A stretch of 64,000 nucleotides of DNA from Escherichia coli (GCF_048403405.1 NZ_CP183129.1); one strand, 5' to 3'; numbered from the stretch's first letter, positions 26,925 to 42,636 are shown. Translations and numbers: made by a program. The notes: generated from the letters alone by a model not told the origin.

Positions 26925-29006
26925 ATGGAAAGCAAACGTCTGGATAATGCCGCGCTGGCGGCGGGGATTAGCCCCAATTACATCAATGCCCACGGTAAAC
27001 CGCAGTCGATTAGCGCCGAAACCAAACGGCGTTTGCTTGACGCGATGCATCAACGTACCGCCACGAAAGTGGCGGTAACGCCAGTCCCGAATGTCATGGT
27101 TTATACCAGCGGCAAAAAAATGCCGATGGTGGTGGAGGGCAGCGGCGAATATAGCTGGCTGCTGACCACCGAAGAAGGAACGCAGTACAAAGGCCATGTA
27201 ACGGGGGGCAAAGCGTTCAATCTACCGACGAAGCTGCCGGAAGGTTATCACACGCTGACACTCACCCAGGACGACCAGCGCGCGCATTGCCGGGTGATTG
27301 TCGCCCCGAAACGCTGTTACGAACCGCAGGCGTTGCTGAACAAACAAAAGCTGTGGGGTGCCTGCGTTCAGCTTTATACGCTGCGATCGGAAAAAAACTG
27401 GGGTATTGGGGATTTTGGCGATCTCAAAGCGATGCTGGTGGATGTGGCAAAACGTGGCGGGTCGTTCATCGGTCTGAACCCGATTCATGCGCTCTATCCG
27501 GCAAATCCGGAAAGTGCCAGCCCGTATAGCCCGTCTTCTCGCCGTTGGCTGAATGTGATTTATATCGACGTTAACGCCGTTGAAGATTTCCATCTTAGCG
27601 AAGAGGCTCAGGCCTGGTGGAAGTTGCCGACCACGCAACAGACGCTGCAACAGGCGCGGGATGCCGACTGGGTCGATTACTCCACGGTTACCGCCCTAAA
27701 AATGACAGCATTACGAATGGCGTGGAAAGGTTTCGCGCAACGTGATGATGAACAGATGGCCGCGTTTCGCCAGTTTGTTGCAGAGCAAGGCGACAGCCTG
27801 TTCTGGCAGGCGGCGTTTGACGCACTACATGCCCAGCAAGTGAAAGAGGACGAAATGCGCTGGGGCTGGCCTGCATGGCCAGAGATGTATCAGAACGTGG
27901 ATTCACCAGAAGTGCGCCAGTTCTGCGAAGAACATCGTGATGACGTCGATTTTTATCTCTGGTTGCAGTGGCTGGCTTACAGCCAGTTTGCCGCCTGCTG
28001 GGAGATAAGCCAGGGCTATGAAATGCCGATTGGCTTGTATCGTGATCTGGCGGTTGGCGTAGCGGAAGGTGGGGCGGAAACCTGGTGCGACCGTGAACTG
28101 TATTGCCTGAAAGCGTCGGTAGGCGCACCGCCGGATATCCTCGGCCCGTTGGGGCAGAACTGGGGATTGCCGCCAATGGACCCGCATATTATCACCGCGC
28201 GTGCCTATGAACCGTTTATCGAGCTGTTGCGTGCCAATATGCAAAACTGCGGCGCATTACGAATTGACCATGTGATGTCGATGCTGCGTTTGTGGTGGAT
28301 ACCGTATGGCGAGACGGCAGATCAGGGGGCATATGTTCACTATCCGGTGGATGATCTGCTCTCGATTCTGGCACTCGAAAGTAAGCGTCATCGCTGTATG
28401 GTGATTGGTGAAGATCTCGGTACCGTACCGGTAGAGATTGTCGGTAAGCTGCGCAGCAGCGGTGTGTACTCCTACAAAGTGCTCTATTTCGAAAACGACC
28501 ACGAGAAGACATTCCGCTCACCGAAAGCGTACCCAGAGCAGTCGATGGCGGTTGCGGCGACACACGACCTGCCTACGCTACGCGGTTACTGGGAGAGCGG
28601 GGATCTAACGCTGGGCAAAACTCTGGGCCTGTATCCGGATGAAGTGGTACTGCGCGGTCTGTATCAGGATCGCGAACTGGCGAAGCAAGGGCTGCTGGAT
28701 GCACTGCATAAATATGGTTGTCTGCCAAAACGTGCCGGGCATAAGGCATCGTTGATGTCGATGACGCCGACGCTGAACCGTGGTTTGCAGCGCTACATTG
28801 CCGACAGTAACAGTGCTCTGTTAGGACTACAGCCGGAAGACTGGCTGGATATGGCCGAACCGGTGAATATTCCTGGCACCAGTTACCAGTATAAAAACTG
28901 GCGACGCAAGCTTTCCGCAACGCTTGAGGTGATGTTTGCCGATGATGGCGTGAACAAGTTGCTGAAGGATTTGGACAGACGGCGCAGAGCGGCAGCGAAG
29001 AAGTAG
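26925..29006 (+). CDS. malQ: 4-alpha-glucanotransferase (amylomaltase)
   Basis: 693 aa; directly downstream of malP, GH77-like sequence. Confidence 0.95.
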   Translation: MESKRLDNAALAAGISPNYINAHGKPQSISAETKRRLLDAMHQRTATKVAVTPVPNVMVYTSGKKMPMVVEGSGEYSWLLTTEEGTQYKGHVTGGKAFNLPTKLPEGYHTLTLTQDDQRAHCRVIVAPKRCYEPQALLNKQKLWGACVQLYTLRSEKNWGIGDFGDLKAMLVDVAKRGGSFIGLNPIHALYPANPESASPYSPSSRRWLNVIYIDVNAVEDFHLSEEAQAWWKLPTTQQTLQQARDADWVDYSTVTALKMTALRMAWKGFAQRDDEQMAAFRQFVAEQGDSLFWQAAFDALHAQQVKEDEMRWGWPAWPEMYQNVDSPEVRQFCEEHRDDVDFYLWLQWLAYSQFAACWEISQGYEMPIGLYRDLAVGVAEGGAETWCDRELYCLKASVGAPPDILGPLGQNWGLPPMDPHIITARAYEPFIELLRANMQNCGALRIDHVMSMLRLWWIPYGETADQGAYVHYPVDDLLSILALESKRHRCMVIGEDLGTVPVEIVGKLRSSGVYSYKVLYFENDHEKTFRSPKAYPEQSMAVAATHDLPTLRGYWESGDLTLGKTLGLYPDEVVLRGLYQDRELAKQGLLDALHKYGCLPKRAGHKASLMSMTPTLNRGLQRYIADSNSALLGLQPEDWLDMAEPVNIPGTSYQYKNWRRKLSATLEVMFADDGVNKLLKDLDRRRRAAAKK

Positions 29007-29021
29007 TAGGGTGCGGTTGAT

Positions 29022-29042
29022 GCCGGATGCGATGCATCCGGC
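29022..29042. terminator. palindromic hairpin between convergent malQ and gntT (REP-like or bidirectional terminator)
   Basis: gccggatgcgatgcatccggc, a perfect palindrome. Confidence 0.45.
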
Positions 29043-29053
29043 AGTCAGTGTTA

Positions 29054-30370
29054 TCAAATCACCATATTCAGCAGCAGACAGCCTACCAGACCGCACACCG
29101 AGATAATGGTTTCCAGCATCGACCAGGATTTGATGGTCTCGCCGATAGTCAGGTTAAAGTACTCTTTGAACAGCCAGAAGCCCGGATCGTTCACGTGAGA
29201 GAAAATCACACTACCGGAACCAACCGCAATAACCATCAGCTCCGGGCTAACACCCGTCGTTGCAATCAGCGGTGCCGCGATACCACCCGCAGTGATTGCC
29301 GCAACGGTTGCGGAACCCAGCGCGATACGCAGTACGGCAGCAATCGACCAGGCCATCAGCAGCGGAGAAATGTTGGTTTCGTGCATCATGGAAGCAATGT
29401 ATTTGTCCACGCCGCTGTCTACCAGCACCTGCTTGAACGCACCGCCACCACCGATAATCAACAGCATCATCGCAATGATTTTGATGGAAGAAACCAGCGT
29501 GTCGTTAATCTGATCCATTGAACGACCACGGTTCAGACCAAAGGTGAACATCGCAATCAGTACGGCAATCAGCGTAGCCATTACTGGGTCACCGAGGAAC
29601 TCCGCTACCGGCAGGAAAGCGTGACCTTTCGGCAGGATCATTTCGGCAATCGCACGCATCGCCATCAGTACAACCGGCACCAGAGAGGTCCAGACGCTGA
29701 CGCCAAAACTCGGCATCTCTTCTTCGCTGAAGGTTTTCGCGCTGTAGAGACCTTCCGGAATTGGCTTATCGATACCTTTCAACACGCGAGCGTAAACCGG
29801 ACCGGCGAGAATCACGGTCGGGATTGCCAGAATAGTACCGTACAGCAGGGTTTTACCCATATCGGCATTGAAAATGGTGGCAATCGCAGTCGGACCCGGA
29901 TGCGGTGGCAGGAAGCCGTGGGTCACAGACAGTGCAGCCGCCATTGGTACACCAACATACAGCAGTGGAATATTCGCGGAAGCCGCGATGGTAAACACCA
30001 GCGGCAGCATCAGCACGAAACCCACTTCATAGAACAGGGCAAAACCAACGGTAAAACCGGTCAGTACCACCGCCCACTGGATGTGTTTTTTACCAAATTT
30101 AGCAATCAGCGTGGTGGCGATACGTTGTGCGCCACCGCAGTCTGCCAGCATTTTGCCCAGCATCGCGCCAAAACCCATGATCAGGGCAAGGCTACCGAGC
30201 GTCCCGCCGACACCGGCTTTGATGGAGCCAATAACTTTATCCAGCGGCATTCCTTGCATTAATCCAACAGCAAGCGCCACGAGGACGAGAGCGATGAAGC
30301 CGTTCATTTTGAAACGGATCATCAGGAGCAACAACAAGATTACACCGATAGCAACAATGACTAATGGCAT
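29054..30370 (-). CDS. gntT: high-affinity gluconate:H+ symporter
   Basis: 438 aa polytopic membrane protein of the GntP family; start MPLVIVAIGVILLLLLMIRFKMNGFIALVLV. Confidence 0.95.
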   Translation of the reverse strand: MPLVIVAIGVILLLLLMIRFKMNGFIALVLVALAVGLMQGMPLDKVIGSIKAGVGGTLGSLALIMGFGAMLGKMLADCGGAQRIATTLIAKFGKKHIQWAVVLTGFTVGFALFYEVGFVLMLPLVFTIAASANIPLLYVGVPMAAALSVTHGFLPPHPGPTAIATIFNADMGKTLLYGTILAIPTVILAGPVYARVLKGIDKPIPEGLYSAKTFSEEEMPSFGVSVWTSLVPVVLMAMRAIAEMILPKGHAFLPVAEFLGDPVMATLIAVLIAMFTFGLNRGRSMDQINDTLVSSIKIIAMMLLIIGGGGAFKQVLVDSGVDKYIASMMHETNISPLLMAWSIAAVLRIALGSATVAAITAGGIAAPLIATTGVSPELMVIAVGSGSVIFSHVNDPGFWLFKEYFNLTIGETIKSWSMLETIISVCGLVGCLLLNMVI

Positions 30371-30389
30371 GATTTACCTGGCCTTTCAT

Positions 30390-30405
30390 TTGTTATGGGT
30401 AACGT
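30390..30405. promoter_or_regulatory. putative GntR operator (proximal)
   Basis: ttgttatgggtaacgt, resembling the ATGTTACCCGTAACAT-type GntR operator. Confidence 0.35.
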
Positions 30406-30530
30406 CAATTTTCTGACGACAAACTCTAATTATCCCAATCGGGAACAGAGATATTGCGGCACCACGACTGATACCCACTAAAACTAATTATTGTAGTCAG
30501 ATGTCAGGAGTATGTTTGGTACCCACGTGA

Positions 30531-30546
30531 ATGATACGGGTAACAT
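30531..30546. promoter_or_regulatory. putative GntR operator (distal)
   Basis: atgatacgggtaacat, a near-palindromic GntR operator-like site upstream of gntT. Confidence 0.45.
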
Positions 30547-30674
30547 CCGGCGTTTGAGAATCACCAGAGCGGGGTAAATTTAAATTATGAGAGGTTGGTC
30601 ATATTATCGCGGGGAAACGAAGGGAAGGGGTTGCCAAAGCAATGCTGCGCCAACGTCTGGCTCATGTTCAACGT

Positions 30675-30730
<56 letters not shown>

Positions 30731-31306
30731 TTAGTAGTAGGAGTGCTCGCCGCGCTGGTGTTCGGTGAGATCGCGCACACCTTTCAGCTCCGGGAATTCG
30801 TTCAGCAGCTGCTTCTCGATCCCTTCTTTCAGCGTCACATCTACCATGGAACAACCGTTACAGCCGCCGCCAAATTGCAGAATGGCGTAACCGTCTTCGG
30901 TGATTTCCATCAGCGAAACGCGACCACCGTGACCAGCAAGCTGTGGGTTGATCTGCGACTGCAGCATATACTCCACGCGCTCCATCAGCGGTGCATCGTC
31001 TGCGACTTTACGCATTTTGGCGTTAGGCGCTTTCAGCGTTAACTGGGAACCCAACTGGTCTGTAACAAAGTCGATCTCTGCATCTTCCAGGTAAGGAGCG
31101 CTTAACTCATCAACATACGCGGTCAGCAGGTCAAATTTCAGGGCAGTGTCGGTGGCTTCTACAGCGTCCGGCGGACAATAAGAAACGCCACATTCAGCGT
31201 TAGGCGTGCCAGGGTTAATCACAAATACGCGGATTTGTGTCCCTTCTTCCTGATTTGCCAGCAGTTTGGCAAAGTGCGCTTGTGCAGCATCGGAAATACG
31301 GATCAT
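30731..31306 (-). CDS. nfuA: Fe-S cluster carrier protein NfuA
   Basis: 191 aa; [17 protein letters not shown]-terminus and C-terminal Nfu domain with a CxxC motif (GGGCNGCSM). Confidence 0.95.
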
Positions 31307-31364
31307 AGTAATGGCCTAATAGTTGACTATTTTAGTTGGTTATAATACGCCCATCATCGAGGCT

Positions 31365-32856
<1,492 letters not shown>

Positions 32857-32884
32857 GTGGCTTTTGAAATGGCGAGACAGAACT

Positions 32885-33058
32885 TTACTGACTCGCCGCA
32901 GCCAACTCTTCTTCTGACACCCCGGTAAAACGCAGGGTGTCTGCAAGATGGACTCCGGATTACAGCATTCTTTTGGCAATATCCAGGGCTTCCAGGCGTC
33001 GATCCAATAAATAACCAATCAGGTAACTAATAAGATATTCTCTTTCTGCATCTGTCAT
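32885..33058 (-). pseudogene. free-standing Rpn C-terminal-tail-like ORF interrupted by an in-frame TAA (remnant or small ORF)
   Basis: Minus-strand frame reads [62 protein letters not shown], co-linear with the RpnA C-terminus (...[54 protein letters not shown]) 18 nt downstream of rpnA. Confidence 0.4.
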
Positions 33059-33075
33059 TAAAACCATCCTTTACG

Positions 33076-33969
33076 TTATTGATGATTTATTTCAGCAAGG
33101 TCTTCAACCGTCAGGCTGGTAAATCGCAGAACGTCCTCAAGAGAGACTCCGGCATCCAGCATGGTTTTGGCAATATTTAGGGCGTTGGTACGTATACCTT
33201 TCTGAAACCCCTCCTGCCGCAATCTTTCCGCAATAGTCATTAAACTCTCCTTGTGTTTCGGTGAACGTTCGGCCACACCGTCGATAAAATCGTTAAAACG
33301 TACCGCATCGCCAGTTTGCAGTATGTAATTAAACAGCCCTTTGATTTGTCTGTCATTAGCGTATCCACTACTTAATAAGCAGGCCATTTGCTCTACCAGC
33401 CCCATCAGGTCGCGTTGACGAATATGTTTTTGAATTAACTCCAGCAGTGCCATACGTCGGTGCTGCATGATTTCATCATCAGGCATGACGGTGACATCAA
33501 TCAGCGGAAATGCAGAGGCATAAAGCTGCCTTGCCAGGTTGGGATCGGCGAAACAATCAAGCCAACACAGCGAATAGGGATAGGGGCTTTCAATACCGTG
33601 GTAAAACAACAATGGCACCACCATCGGCAAGGTTTTGTATCCGGCATCCAGGTGATTTTGCATTGCGGCAATGGCGTAGCGCATCATGCGAAATGCGATC
33701 AGTTTGTTTGAGGTGCTTTGATGTTCAATCAGACAATAGATGTATCCTGGCCCTTGTTCCGTTTTCACCGACCACAGCACGTCGGAATAGCTTTCACGCA
33801 GATCGTCATCAATAAAGCTGCTCGACTCCAGCTTGAGGGTTTTCATATCACAGAGCGCGTGAATAGGTGCCGGTAAATGGAACGCAAGAAAATCGCGCGC
33901 CGTCTCCGGTTGGCGTAAAAAGAGTTTGAACAGCGCATCGTGTGGGGTGGAACTCTGCTTTTTGCTCAT
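33076..33969 (-). CDS. rpnA: Rpn-family recombination-promoting nuclease (YhgA-like, transposase_31 / PD-(D/E)XK)
   Basis: 297 aa, [33 protein letters not shown]-terminus characteristic of YhgA-like proteins. Confidence 0.85.
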   Translation of the reverse strand: MSKKQSSTPHDALFKLFLRQPETARDFLAFHLPAPIHALCDMKTLKLESSSFIDDDLRESYSDVLWSVKTEQGPGYIYCLIEHQSTSNKLIAFRMMRYAIAAMQNHLDAGYKTLPMVVPLLFYHGIESPYPYSLCWLDCFADPNLARQLYASAFPLIDVTVMPDDEIMQHRRMALLELIQKHIRQRDLMGLVEQMACLLSSGYANDRQIKGLFNYILQTGDAVRFNDFIDGVAERSPKHKESLMTIAERLRQEGFQKGIRTNALNIAKTMLDAGVSLEDVLRFTSLTVEDLAEINHQ

Positions 33970-34114
33970 GGCGTTCCTTCACCTGTTATTTGAATGCCGC
34001 GACTCTACGCGCCACTCCACACCTGTGCATTAGCCAGTTTTCATCCCTGCGAGACGCTTTCAGAGGAACTTACGTCGCGCTGCAAGAATTGCATTTTTAT
34101 GGAAAGCCGCACGC

Positions 34115-34149
34115 AAAAAAGCCCGGATGCAAACGCATACCGGGCTTTT
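34115..34149 (-). terminator. intrinsic terminator downstream of feoC
   Basis: Hairpin gcccggatgc...gcataccgggc flanked by an A-run and a T-run (bidirectional shape). Confidence 0.55.
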
Positions 34150-34171
34150 CAAAACAGGCGATGGAGTATGG

Positions 34172-34408
34172 TTAACGCAGCGCCCACCACTCGCGCAGAC
34201 AGACTTTGCCTTCCGGGCAGCTTTTACAACTGCCAGAGAGGCAGCCGTCAGGTTCTTCCTGAATCCGCACGGCTTTGCCCATGCTTTCCAGCTGTTGCAG
34301 CATGGCGTTAATCATTGGCTGCGGCGTGTTCAATGTCTGGCTTATCTGGGCCGCTTCCATACGGCCCCGTAACGCCAGCAAATCACGTACCTGAATAAGT
34401 GAAGCCAT
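34172..34408 (-). CDS. feoC: ferrous iron transport regulator-like protein FeoC
   Basis: ORF 34172..34417; 78 aa protein [26 protein letters not shown]... with a C-terminal Cys cluster ([15 protein letters not shown]). Confidence 0.9.
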   Translation of the reverse strand: MASLIQVRDLLALRGRMEAAQISQTLNTPQPMINAMLQQLESMGKAVRIQEEPDGCLSGSCKSCPEGKVCLREWWALR

Positions 34409-36729
34409 TAATGGCAATCACCGGTGGTGCTGGCTGCGCAGCAACTGCTTACCGATTTGCGCGTTGCCAGCAGTTCGATATTCACCCGGCTACGCGCGCG
34501 GCGCAGCAGACCGATAACCACGATGTTAAACAGGATAACCGCCAGAATGCACACCAGGCTGTAAGTTGGATGCTGGCTGTAGCTGGCGACTTGATAGAAC
34601 AATGTTGCCAGCGAGTAAGCGATATTCAGCCCCCACAAGATGGAGAAGCCCATCCAGCCACGGCTTGATTCACGGGCGATAGCACCCATCACCGAGATGC
34701 ACGGTACGTACAGCAGGACGAAAATCAGGTAGCTGTATGCGGCAGCTGCGCTACCGAATTTCTGATCCATCACACCCATCGCCCCGGTACCCATTTCGCC
34801 GTCGCCTTTGCTCGCTTCAATCGGGTTCATCAGTACGCTAAGGCTGAAGGTGTCTTTCAGGCTCTGCCAGGTTTCATCTACCGCACTGAACAGCTCTTCA
34901 CCGAGGTTAAATTCCGCCGGATTGAACTCTTCGTCCTGAATATTTTCTGCGGTGTAGAGGGTGTTGAGCGTACCCACCACCACTTCTTTCGCCATTGCGC
35001 CTGTAAACAGGCCAACCGTTGCCTGCCAGTTATCTTCATGCACGCCAATCGGCTTGAAGACTGGGGTGATCACCCGGCTGACGGAAGCCAGCGCCGAGTC
35101 GTTGATGTTATCGACGATTTTCCCGCTCAGAGAGAAGCTGTTGAAAGCACTCAGGAAAATGCTGACGATGATAATCACTTTACCAGCACGCAGAACGAAG
35201 CCTTTCAGACGCTGCCAGGTCTGGATAATCAGGCTTTTAACGTGTGGTACATGGTAGACCGGCAGCTCCATGACAAACGGCGTCGCTTCACCGCGCATGA
35301 TGGTGTACTTGAGCATCAGGCCAGTCAGCACCGCCATCACAATACCGAGCATATACAGCGAGAAGACCGCCAGCGCACCGTTCTGCCCGAAGAAAGCAGC
35401 CGCAAATACTGCGAAGATAGCCAGACGCGCGCCGCAGGACATAAACGGAGCCATCATGATGGTCATCAGACGTTCACGCGGTGCATCAAGCGTACGTGCG
35501 CCCATTACCGACGGTACGTTACAACCGAAACCAACGATCAGCGGTACAAAGGATTTCCCCGGCAAGCCCAGCGCCTGCATCAGACGGTCCATCACAAACG
35601 CCGCACGCGCCATATAGCCGGAGTCCTCAAGGAAGGAGAGGAACAGGTACATCATGCCGATCTGCGGCACCAGTGGCAGCACGGTGTTAATACCGCCGCC
35701 CAGGCCCTGGGCGAGGAAGATAGTCAGCCAGTCCGGGAAGTGGAGCGTGTAGCCAATCCACTGAATACCATGCACAAACAGCGCCACGGAACCGACATCA
35801 AACAGAGGCTGTAACGCCCCGCCGATGTTGATAGCCAGCAGGAACATCAGGTACATCACAAAGAGGAAAATCGGCAGACCGAGGAAACGGTTGAGCACGA
35901 TTTTATCTACCGCAGTGGTGAAACGGCTGGGTTCTGCCGTCAGGGTGTTGCTTACCACATCACAGATGGCAGCAATGCACTGGTAACGCGCATCGGCAAT
36001 GTGCAGCGCCGGATCATCCATCTCATTACGCAGACGGGCGAGGGCGGCATCAAGATGCTGCGACGCTTCACCGGCGTAGGCGCGGCTGTAGATATCGCCT
36101 TCCAGCATTTGCAAGCCCAGCCAGCGACGTTGTTTCAGCGGGATGTCGGAAGGCATCACTTTTGCCAGTGAATCTGCTTCGTTGAGCAGCGGCTGTGCGT
36201 AATGCACCAGTTCCACATTCTCGTTAGCTTTATAGCGATCAATCGCCAGCTTGAGCGCTTCAATACCGCGACCACGGGTTGAAACCAGCGGGATCACCGG
36301 GCAGCCAAGACGCGCCGACAGAGCATCAATTTCAATGCGAATATTTTGCTTCTCGGCAATGTCGAGCATGTTCAGTGCCACGATGCAGGGAATGCCGAGT
36401 TCCAGCAGTTGTAGCGTCAGGTACAGGTTACGCTCAAGGTTAGACGCATCCACCACGTTAATCAGCAGGTCAGCGTCGCCACTCAAAATGTAGTGACAGG
36501 CGATTTGCTCATCGAGCGAGGTCTGCGATGAGATGGTGGTCAGAGAATAGGTGCCGGGCAGGTCCACCAGCGTGACCTGATGATCGGTGGTGGAGAATTG
36601 CCCTTCTTTACGTTCGACGGTAACGCCAGCCCAGTTACCTACACGCTGACGTGCGCCAGTGAGCTGGTTAAATAAGGTTGTCTTGCCAGAATTTGGATTA
36701 CCAATTAAGCCAATGGTTAATTTTTTCAT
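34408..36729 (-). CDS. feoB: ferrous iron transporter FeoB
   Basis: ORF 34408..36741; N-terminal G-protein domain ([25 protein letters not shown]) plus polytopic membrane domain. Confidence 0.95.
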   Translation of the reverse strand: MKKLTIGLIGNPNSGKTTLFNQLTGARQRVGNWAGVTVERKEGQFSTTDHQVTLVDLPGTYSLTTISSQTSLDEQIACHYILSGDADLLINVVDASNLERNLYLTLQLLELGIPCIVALNMLDIAEKQNIRIEIDALSARLGCPVIPLVSTRGRGIEALKLAIDRYKANENVELVHYAQPLLNEADSLAKVMPSDIPLKQRRWLGLQMLEGDIYSRAYAGEASQHLDAALARLRNEMDDPALHIADARYQCIAAICDVVSNTLTAEPSRFTTAVDKIVLNRFLGLPIFLFVMYLMFLLAINIGGALQPLFDVGSVALFVHGIQWIGYTLHFPDWLTIFLAQGLGGGINTVLPLVPQIGMMYLFLSFLEDSGYMARAAFVMDRLMQALGLPGKSFVPLIVGFGCNVPSVMGARTLDAPRERLMTIMMAPFMSCGARLAIFAVFAAAFFGQNGALAVFSLYMLGIVMAVLTGLMLKYTIMRGEATPFVMELPVYHVPHVKSLIIQTWQRLKGFVLRAGKVIIIVSIFLSAFNSFSLSGKIVDNINDSALASVSRVITPVFKPIGVHEDNWQATVGLFTGAMAKEVVVGTLNTLYTAENIQDEEFNPAEFNLGEELFSAVDETWQSLKDTFSLSVLMNPIEASKGDGEMGTGAMGVMDQKFGSAAAAYSYLIFVLLYVPCISVMGAIARESSRGWMGFSILWGLNIAYSLATLFYQVASYSQHPTYSLVCILAVILFNIVVIGLLRRARSRVNIELLATRKSVSSCCAASTTGDCH

Positions 36730-36745
36730 TGTTGTTATCACCGTA

Positions 36746-36973
36746 TTAACAGGAAACCGCTTCCACTTCTAATAAGGCCAGATCTTTTTTGCGTAATACC
36801 AGGCTCACACGACGGGTTTCGATATGAATGGGGTCGCCGAGTGGAGCGACGCGCACCACATTAAAAGAGGAGCCAGGTAACATGCCTAGAGAAAGCAGTT
36901 TTTGGCGATATGCCGGGCTGATTTCACGGGAAAAGCCAGTGATTTTCCACGCAGTATCTGGAGTGTATTGCAT
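36746..36973 (-). CDS. feoA: ferrous iron transport protein FeoA
   Basis: 75 aa SH3-like FeoA, immediately upstream of feoB. Confidence 0.95.
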   Translation of the reverse strand: MQYTPDTAWKITGFSREISPAYRQKLLSLGMLPGSSFNVVRVAPLGDPIHIETRRVSLVLRKKDLALLEVEAVSC

Positions 36974-37083
36974 AGGTGCCTACTTGTTTCTCATTAACTG
37001 GATAACTACCTCATGGGGCGTTTGACAGCGACATGAGACCAGATGATTTGCCAACGAAGGAGAGATTAAATAATCAACAACAC

Positions 37084-37103
37084 AATGATAATGAGAATGG
37101 TTT
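37084..37103. promoter_or_regulatory. Fur-box-like sequence upstream of feoA
   Basis: aatgataatgagaatggttt matches roughly 13 of 19 positions of the GATAATGATAATCATTATC Fur consensus. Confidence 0.35.
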
Positions 37104-37412
37104 CTATCAGCAATACTTAAAATGTGTGCGAATGTTGGTTTGAATAATAATCTGACTCAATGTTGATGTGGCTCAAGGTTATATCGCAGCGAAAATATAA
37201 TTCGAATAGCGAATTACCAGGACTGGTTAATGTTTAATTAAGGTTTCAGTTGTTAATGAAGTGATAAATATTAACGGGATATATTGAGAGTTTGGTTGTG
37301 GAATAAAAAGGCCGGAGATATTCTCCGGCACTTTTATGTCAGGCAAGGCGTTCGTTGCCAGATGCGGCGTGAACGCTTTATCTGGCAGGTTTACGTTTGT
37401 CTATCAGGGCGT

Positions 37413-39734
37413 TTAACGTTTTTTGCCCATTGCCGCCGCCAGCGCATCCATCATCGCGCTGTTACCGGCAGGCTGCGCTTCACGCCCACGCGGTTTGGCT
37501 GCCGGGCGGTTGTTTTGCGGGCGTTCATTACCGCCGCCGCGACGGGCGTTGGTTTCGCCAGGCTGCTCGTCCAGACGCATAGTCAGGGCGATACGTTTGC
37601 GCTGAAGATCCACTTCCAGCACTTTCACCTTCACAATATCGCCCGCTTTCACCACGGTATGCGGATCTTCCACAAACTTATTCGACAATGAAGAGATGTG
37701 AACCAGGCCGTCCTGATGCACGCCGATATCGACAAACGCGCCAAAGTTGGTGACGTTGGTCACTGCGCCTTCGAGGATCATACCCGGTTGCAGGTCGTTC
37801 ATTGTCTCGACGCCATCGGCAAACTGAGCGGTTTTAAATTCCGGACGCGGATCGCGACCCGGTTTTTCCAGCTCTTTGATGATGTCAGTTACTGTCGGCA
37901 CACCGAATTTCTCATCAGTAAAGTCAGACGCTTTCAGGTTACGCAGCTCGCTGCTGTTACCCATCAGATCTTTCAGTGCCTGCTGTGTTGCTGCCAGAAT
38001 GCGTTCCACCACCGGATAGGCTTCCGGGTGAACGGTAGAGGCGTCCAGCGGGTTATCGCCGTGGTTAATACGCAGGAAGCCCGCACACTGCTCGAAGGCT
38101 TTCGGCCCCAGACGGCTCACTTTCAGCAGTTGCTGACGGTTCTGGAACTGACCGTTCTCATCGCGCCAGGCCACGATGTTTTGCGCCATCATGCGCGTCA
38201 GGCCCGCCACGCGGGTTAACAGCGGAACAGAAGCGGTGTTGAGATCGACGCCAACAGCGTTTACGCAGTCTTCTACTACTGCATCCAGTTTGCGGGCCAG
38301 CTGCGTCTGGCTGACGTCATGCTGATACTGACCTACGCCGATAGATTTCGGATCGATTTTCACCAGCTCCGCCAGCGGATCTTGCAAACGACGGGCGATA
38401 GATACCGCGCCACGCAGCGAAACGTCGAGATCCGGGAACTCCTGCGCTGCCAGCTCGGAAGCCGAGTAAACCGACGCGCCTGCTTCGCTGACGATCACTT
38501 TCTGCGCGGTCACTTTCGGGAACTGCTTCTGCACGTCGAGATAGAAACGCTCAGTTTCGCGGGAAGCTGTACCGTTGCCGATCGCCACCAGTTCAACATT
38601 ATGCTTTTCACACAGGGCAGCAACGGTCATCGCTGCTTTTGCGGCTTGTCCGGTGTGCGGGTAAATGGTATCGGTCGCCACCAGTTTGCCAGTTGCATCG
38701 ACCACCGCTACTTTTACCCCGGTACGCAGACCCGGATCGAGGCCCATCGTTGCACGCAGTCCGGCTGGGGCCGCCATCAGCAGATCGTGCAGGTTACGGG
38801 CAAAGACGTTGATTGCTTCATCTTCCGCGCGTTCGCGCACGGTGCCCATCAGTTCGGTTTCCAGATGCATCAGCACCTTGATGCGCCACGTCCAGCTCAC
38901 CACGCCTTTGCGCCAGCTATCCGCCGGGGCATTGTTCAGGCGCAGGCCGAGATGATCCATAATGATTTGCTCGCAATAGCTCTCTTTTGGCGGCTCATCG
39001 AACTGCGGATCGGCATTCAGCGAAAGTTGGAGTACGCCTTCGTTACGCCCACGGAACATCGCCAGCGCGCGGTGAGAGGGCACCGTTGACAGCGGTTCGT
39101 GATGATCGAAATAGTCGCGGAATTTCGCCCCTTCCTCTTCTTTACCACTCACCACCGTAGAAACCAAATGCGCGTTCTTCCACAGATAATCACGTACTTT
39201 TGCCAGCAGCGCGGCATCTTCGGCAAACCGTTCCATCAGGATATAGCGCGCGCCGTCCAGCGCGGCTTTGGTATCTGCCACGCCTTTATCGGCATCAACA
39301 TATTGTGCAGCGGCGACTTCTGGCGTGTGTGACGGATCGCTCCACAGCAGGTCAGCCAATGGCTCAAGCCCTGCTTCAATGGCGATTTGCCCGCGGGTGC
39401 GGCGTTTAGGTTTGTAGGGCAGGTAGAGGTCTTCGAGTTCGGTTTTGCTTAAGGTGGCGTTGATGGCATTCGCCAGATCATCAGTGAGTTTGCCTTGCTC
39501 GGAAATGGATTTGAGGATCGCCTGACGTCTCTCTTCCAGCTCGCGCAGATAGCTCAGACGCGTTTCCAGATTACGCAGCTGCGTGTCATCCAGACCGCCG
39601 GTAATTTCCTTACGATAACGTGCGATAAACGGCACGGTATTCCCTTCGTCAAGCAGGCGAACGGCAGCGTCAACCTGTTCCGGGCGCGCCTGAATTTCAC
39701 CCGCAATAATGCGGCAGAACGAATCATTCATCAT
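37413..39734 (-). CDS. tex: transcription accessory protein Tex (S1-domain RNA-binding)
   Basis: 773 aa; [44 protein letters not shown]-terminus typical of Tex/YhgF. Confidence 0.95.
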   Translation of the reverse strand: MMNDSFCRIIAGEIQARPEQVDAAVRLLDEGNTVPFIARYRKEITGGLDDTQLRNLETRLSYLRELEERRQAILKSISEQGKLTDDLANAINATLSKTELEDLYLPYKPKRRTRGQIAIEAGLEPLADLLWSDPSHTPEVAAAQYVDADKGVADTKAALDGARYILMERFAEDAALLAKVRDYLWKNAHLVSTVVSGKEEEGAKFRDYFDHHEPLSTVPSHRALAMFRGRNEGVLQLSLNADPQFDEPPKESYCEQIIMDHLGLRLNNAPADSWRKGVVSWTWRIKVLMHLETELMGTVRERAEDEAINVFARNLHDLLMAAPAGLRATMGLDPGLRTGVKVAVVDATGKLVATDTIYPHTGQAAKAAMTVAALCEKHNVELVAIGNGTASRETERFYLDVQKQFPKVTAQKVIVSEAGASVYSASELAAQEFPDLDVSLRGAVSIARRLQDPLAELVKIDPKSIGVGQYQHDVSQTQLARKLDAVVEDCVNAVGVDLNTASVPLLTRVAGLTRMMAQNIVAWRDENGQFQNRQQLLKVSRLGPKAFEQCAGFLRINHGDNPLDASTVHPEAYPVVERILAATQQALKDLMGNSSELRNLKASDFTDEKFGVPTVTDIIKELEKPGRDPRPEFKTAQFADGVETMNDLQPGMILEGAVTNVTNFGAFVDIGVHQDGLVHISSLSNKFVEDPHTVVKAGDIVKVKVLEVDLQRKRIALTMRLDEQPGETNARRGGGNERPQNNRPAAKPRGREAQPAGNSAMMDALAAAMGKKR

Positions 39735-39830
39735 GGTTTGAGTTCATCTTTTCGGATCAAAAATCAGGGGATAGTTATACGGACTGGCTGGCAAAAATGC
39801 CAGCCATCGGCAGGAGGTTAAGACTCTTCC

Positions 39831-40307
39831 TTACGGTTTCACGTACTCGATAGCATTAACATACCAGCTCGCTTCCCCGGCAGGGGTATTGACCACCGCC
39901 AGGTCGCCCACCTCTTTTTTCAGCAATGCGCGAGCCATCGGGGAATCGATAGAGATGTAATCTTTACGGCCAAAAATTTCATCGTAGCCGACAATACGGA
40001 AACGGTGAGTCACGCCATCGTCGTTTTCAATCTCCACCCACGCGCCAAAAAAGACTTTGCCTTCCTGCTGCGGGGAGTAATCGACGATTTTGAGATTTTC
40101 CATGCATTTAGTGAGATAGCGCACGCGACGGTCGATTTCACGCAGGCGCTTTTTATTATACTGATAGTCAGCATTTTCGCTGCGGTCGCCCAGACTTGCG
40201 GCCCAGGTCACCTTTTTTGTGACCTCCGGGCGTTCTTCACGCCAGAGATAATTAAGCTCTTGCTTGAGTTTTTCATACCCTTCCCGGGTAACCAGGGGCG
40301 TTTTCAT
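39831..40307 (-). CDS. greB: transcript cleavage factor GreB
   Basis: ORF 39831..40343; 158 aa protein starts at the internal MKTPLVTREGYEKLKQEL. Confidence 0.95.
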   Translation of the reverse strand: MKTPLVTREGYEKLKQELNYLWREERPEVTKKVTWAASLGDRSENADYQYNKKRLREIDRRVRYLTKCMENLKIVDYSPQQEGKVFFGAWVEIENDDGVTHRFRIVGYDEIFGRKDYISIDSPMARALLKKEVGDLAVVNTPAGEASWYVNAIEYVKP

Positions 40308-40534
40308 CTCGTTGATTCCCTTTGTCTGTTTGATAATGCGCACATTGGGTATAACGTGATCATATCAACAGAATCAATAATGTTTCGCCGAATAAATTGT
40401 ATACTTAAGCTGCTGTTTAATATGCTTTGTAACAATTTAGGCTGAAATTCATACCAGATTTAGCTGGTGACGAACGTGAGCTTTTTTAAGAATACACGCT
40501 TACAAATTGTTGCGAACCTTTGGGAGTACAAACA

Positions 40535-42603
<2,069 letters not shown>

Positions 42604-42610
42604 ATAAAAC

Positions 42611-42636
42611 GGGAGGCGAAGGTGCCTCCTGTTTTT
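42611..42636 (+). terminator. intrinsic terminator after envZ
   Basis: ggaggc-gaaggt-gcctcc hairpin followed by TGTTTTT. Confidence 0.6.

Noticed and set aside
33076..33969. Transposase-like protein (Transposase_31 family), possible mobile element
   Set aside because: No terminal inverted repeats or target duplications are visible and the gene sits in a conserved chromosomal context between bioH and feoC. It fits the YhgA-like Rpn nuclease family rather than an active IS element.
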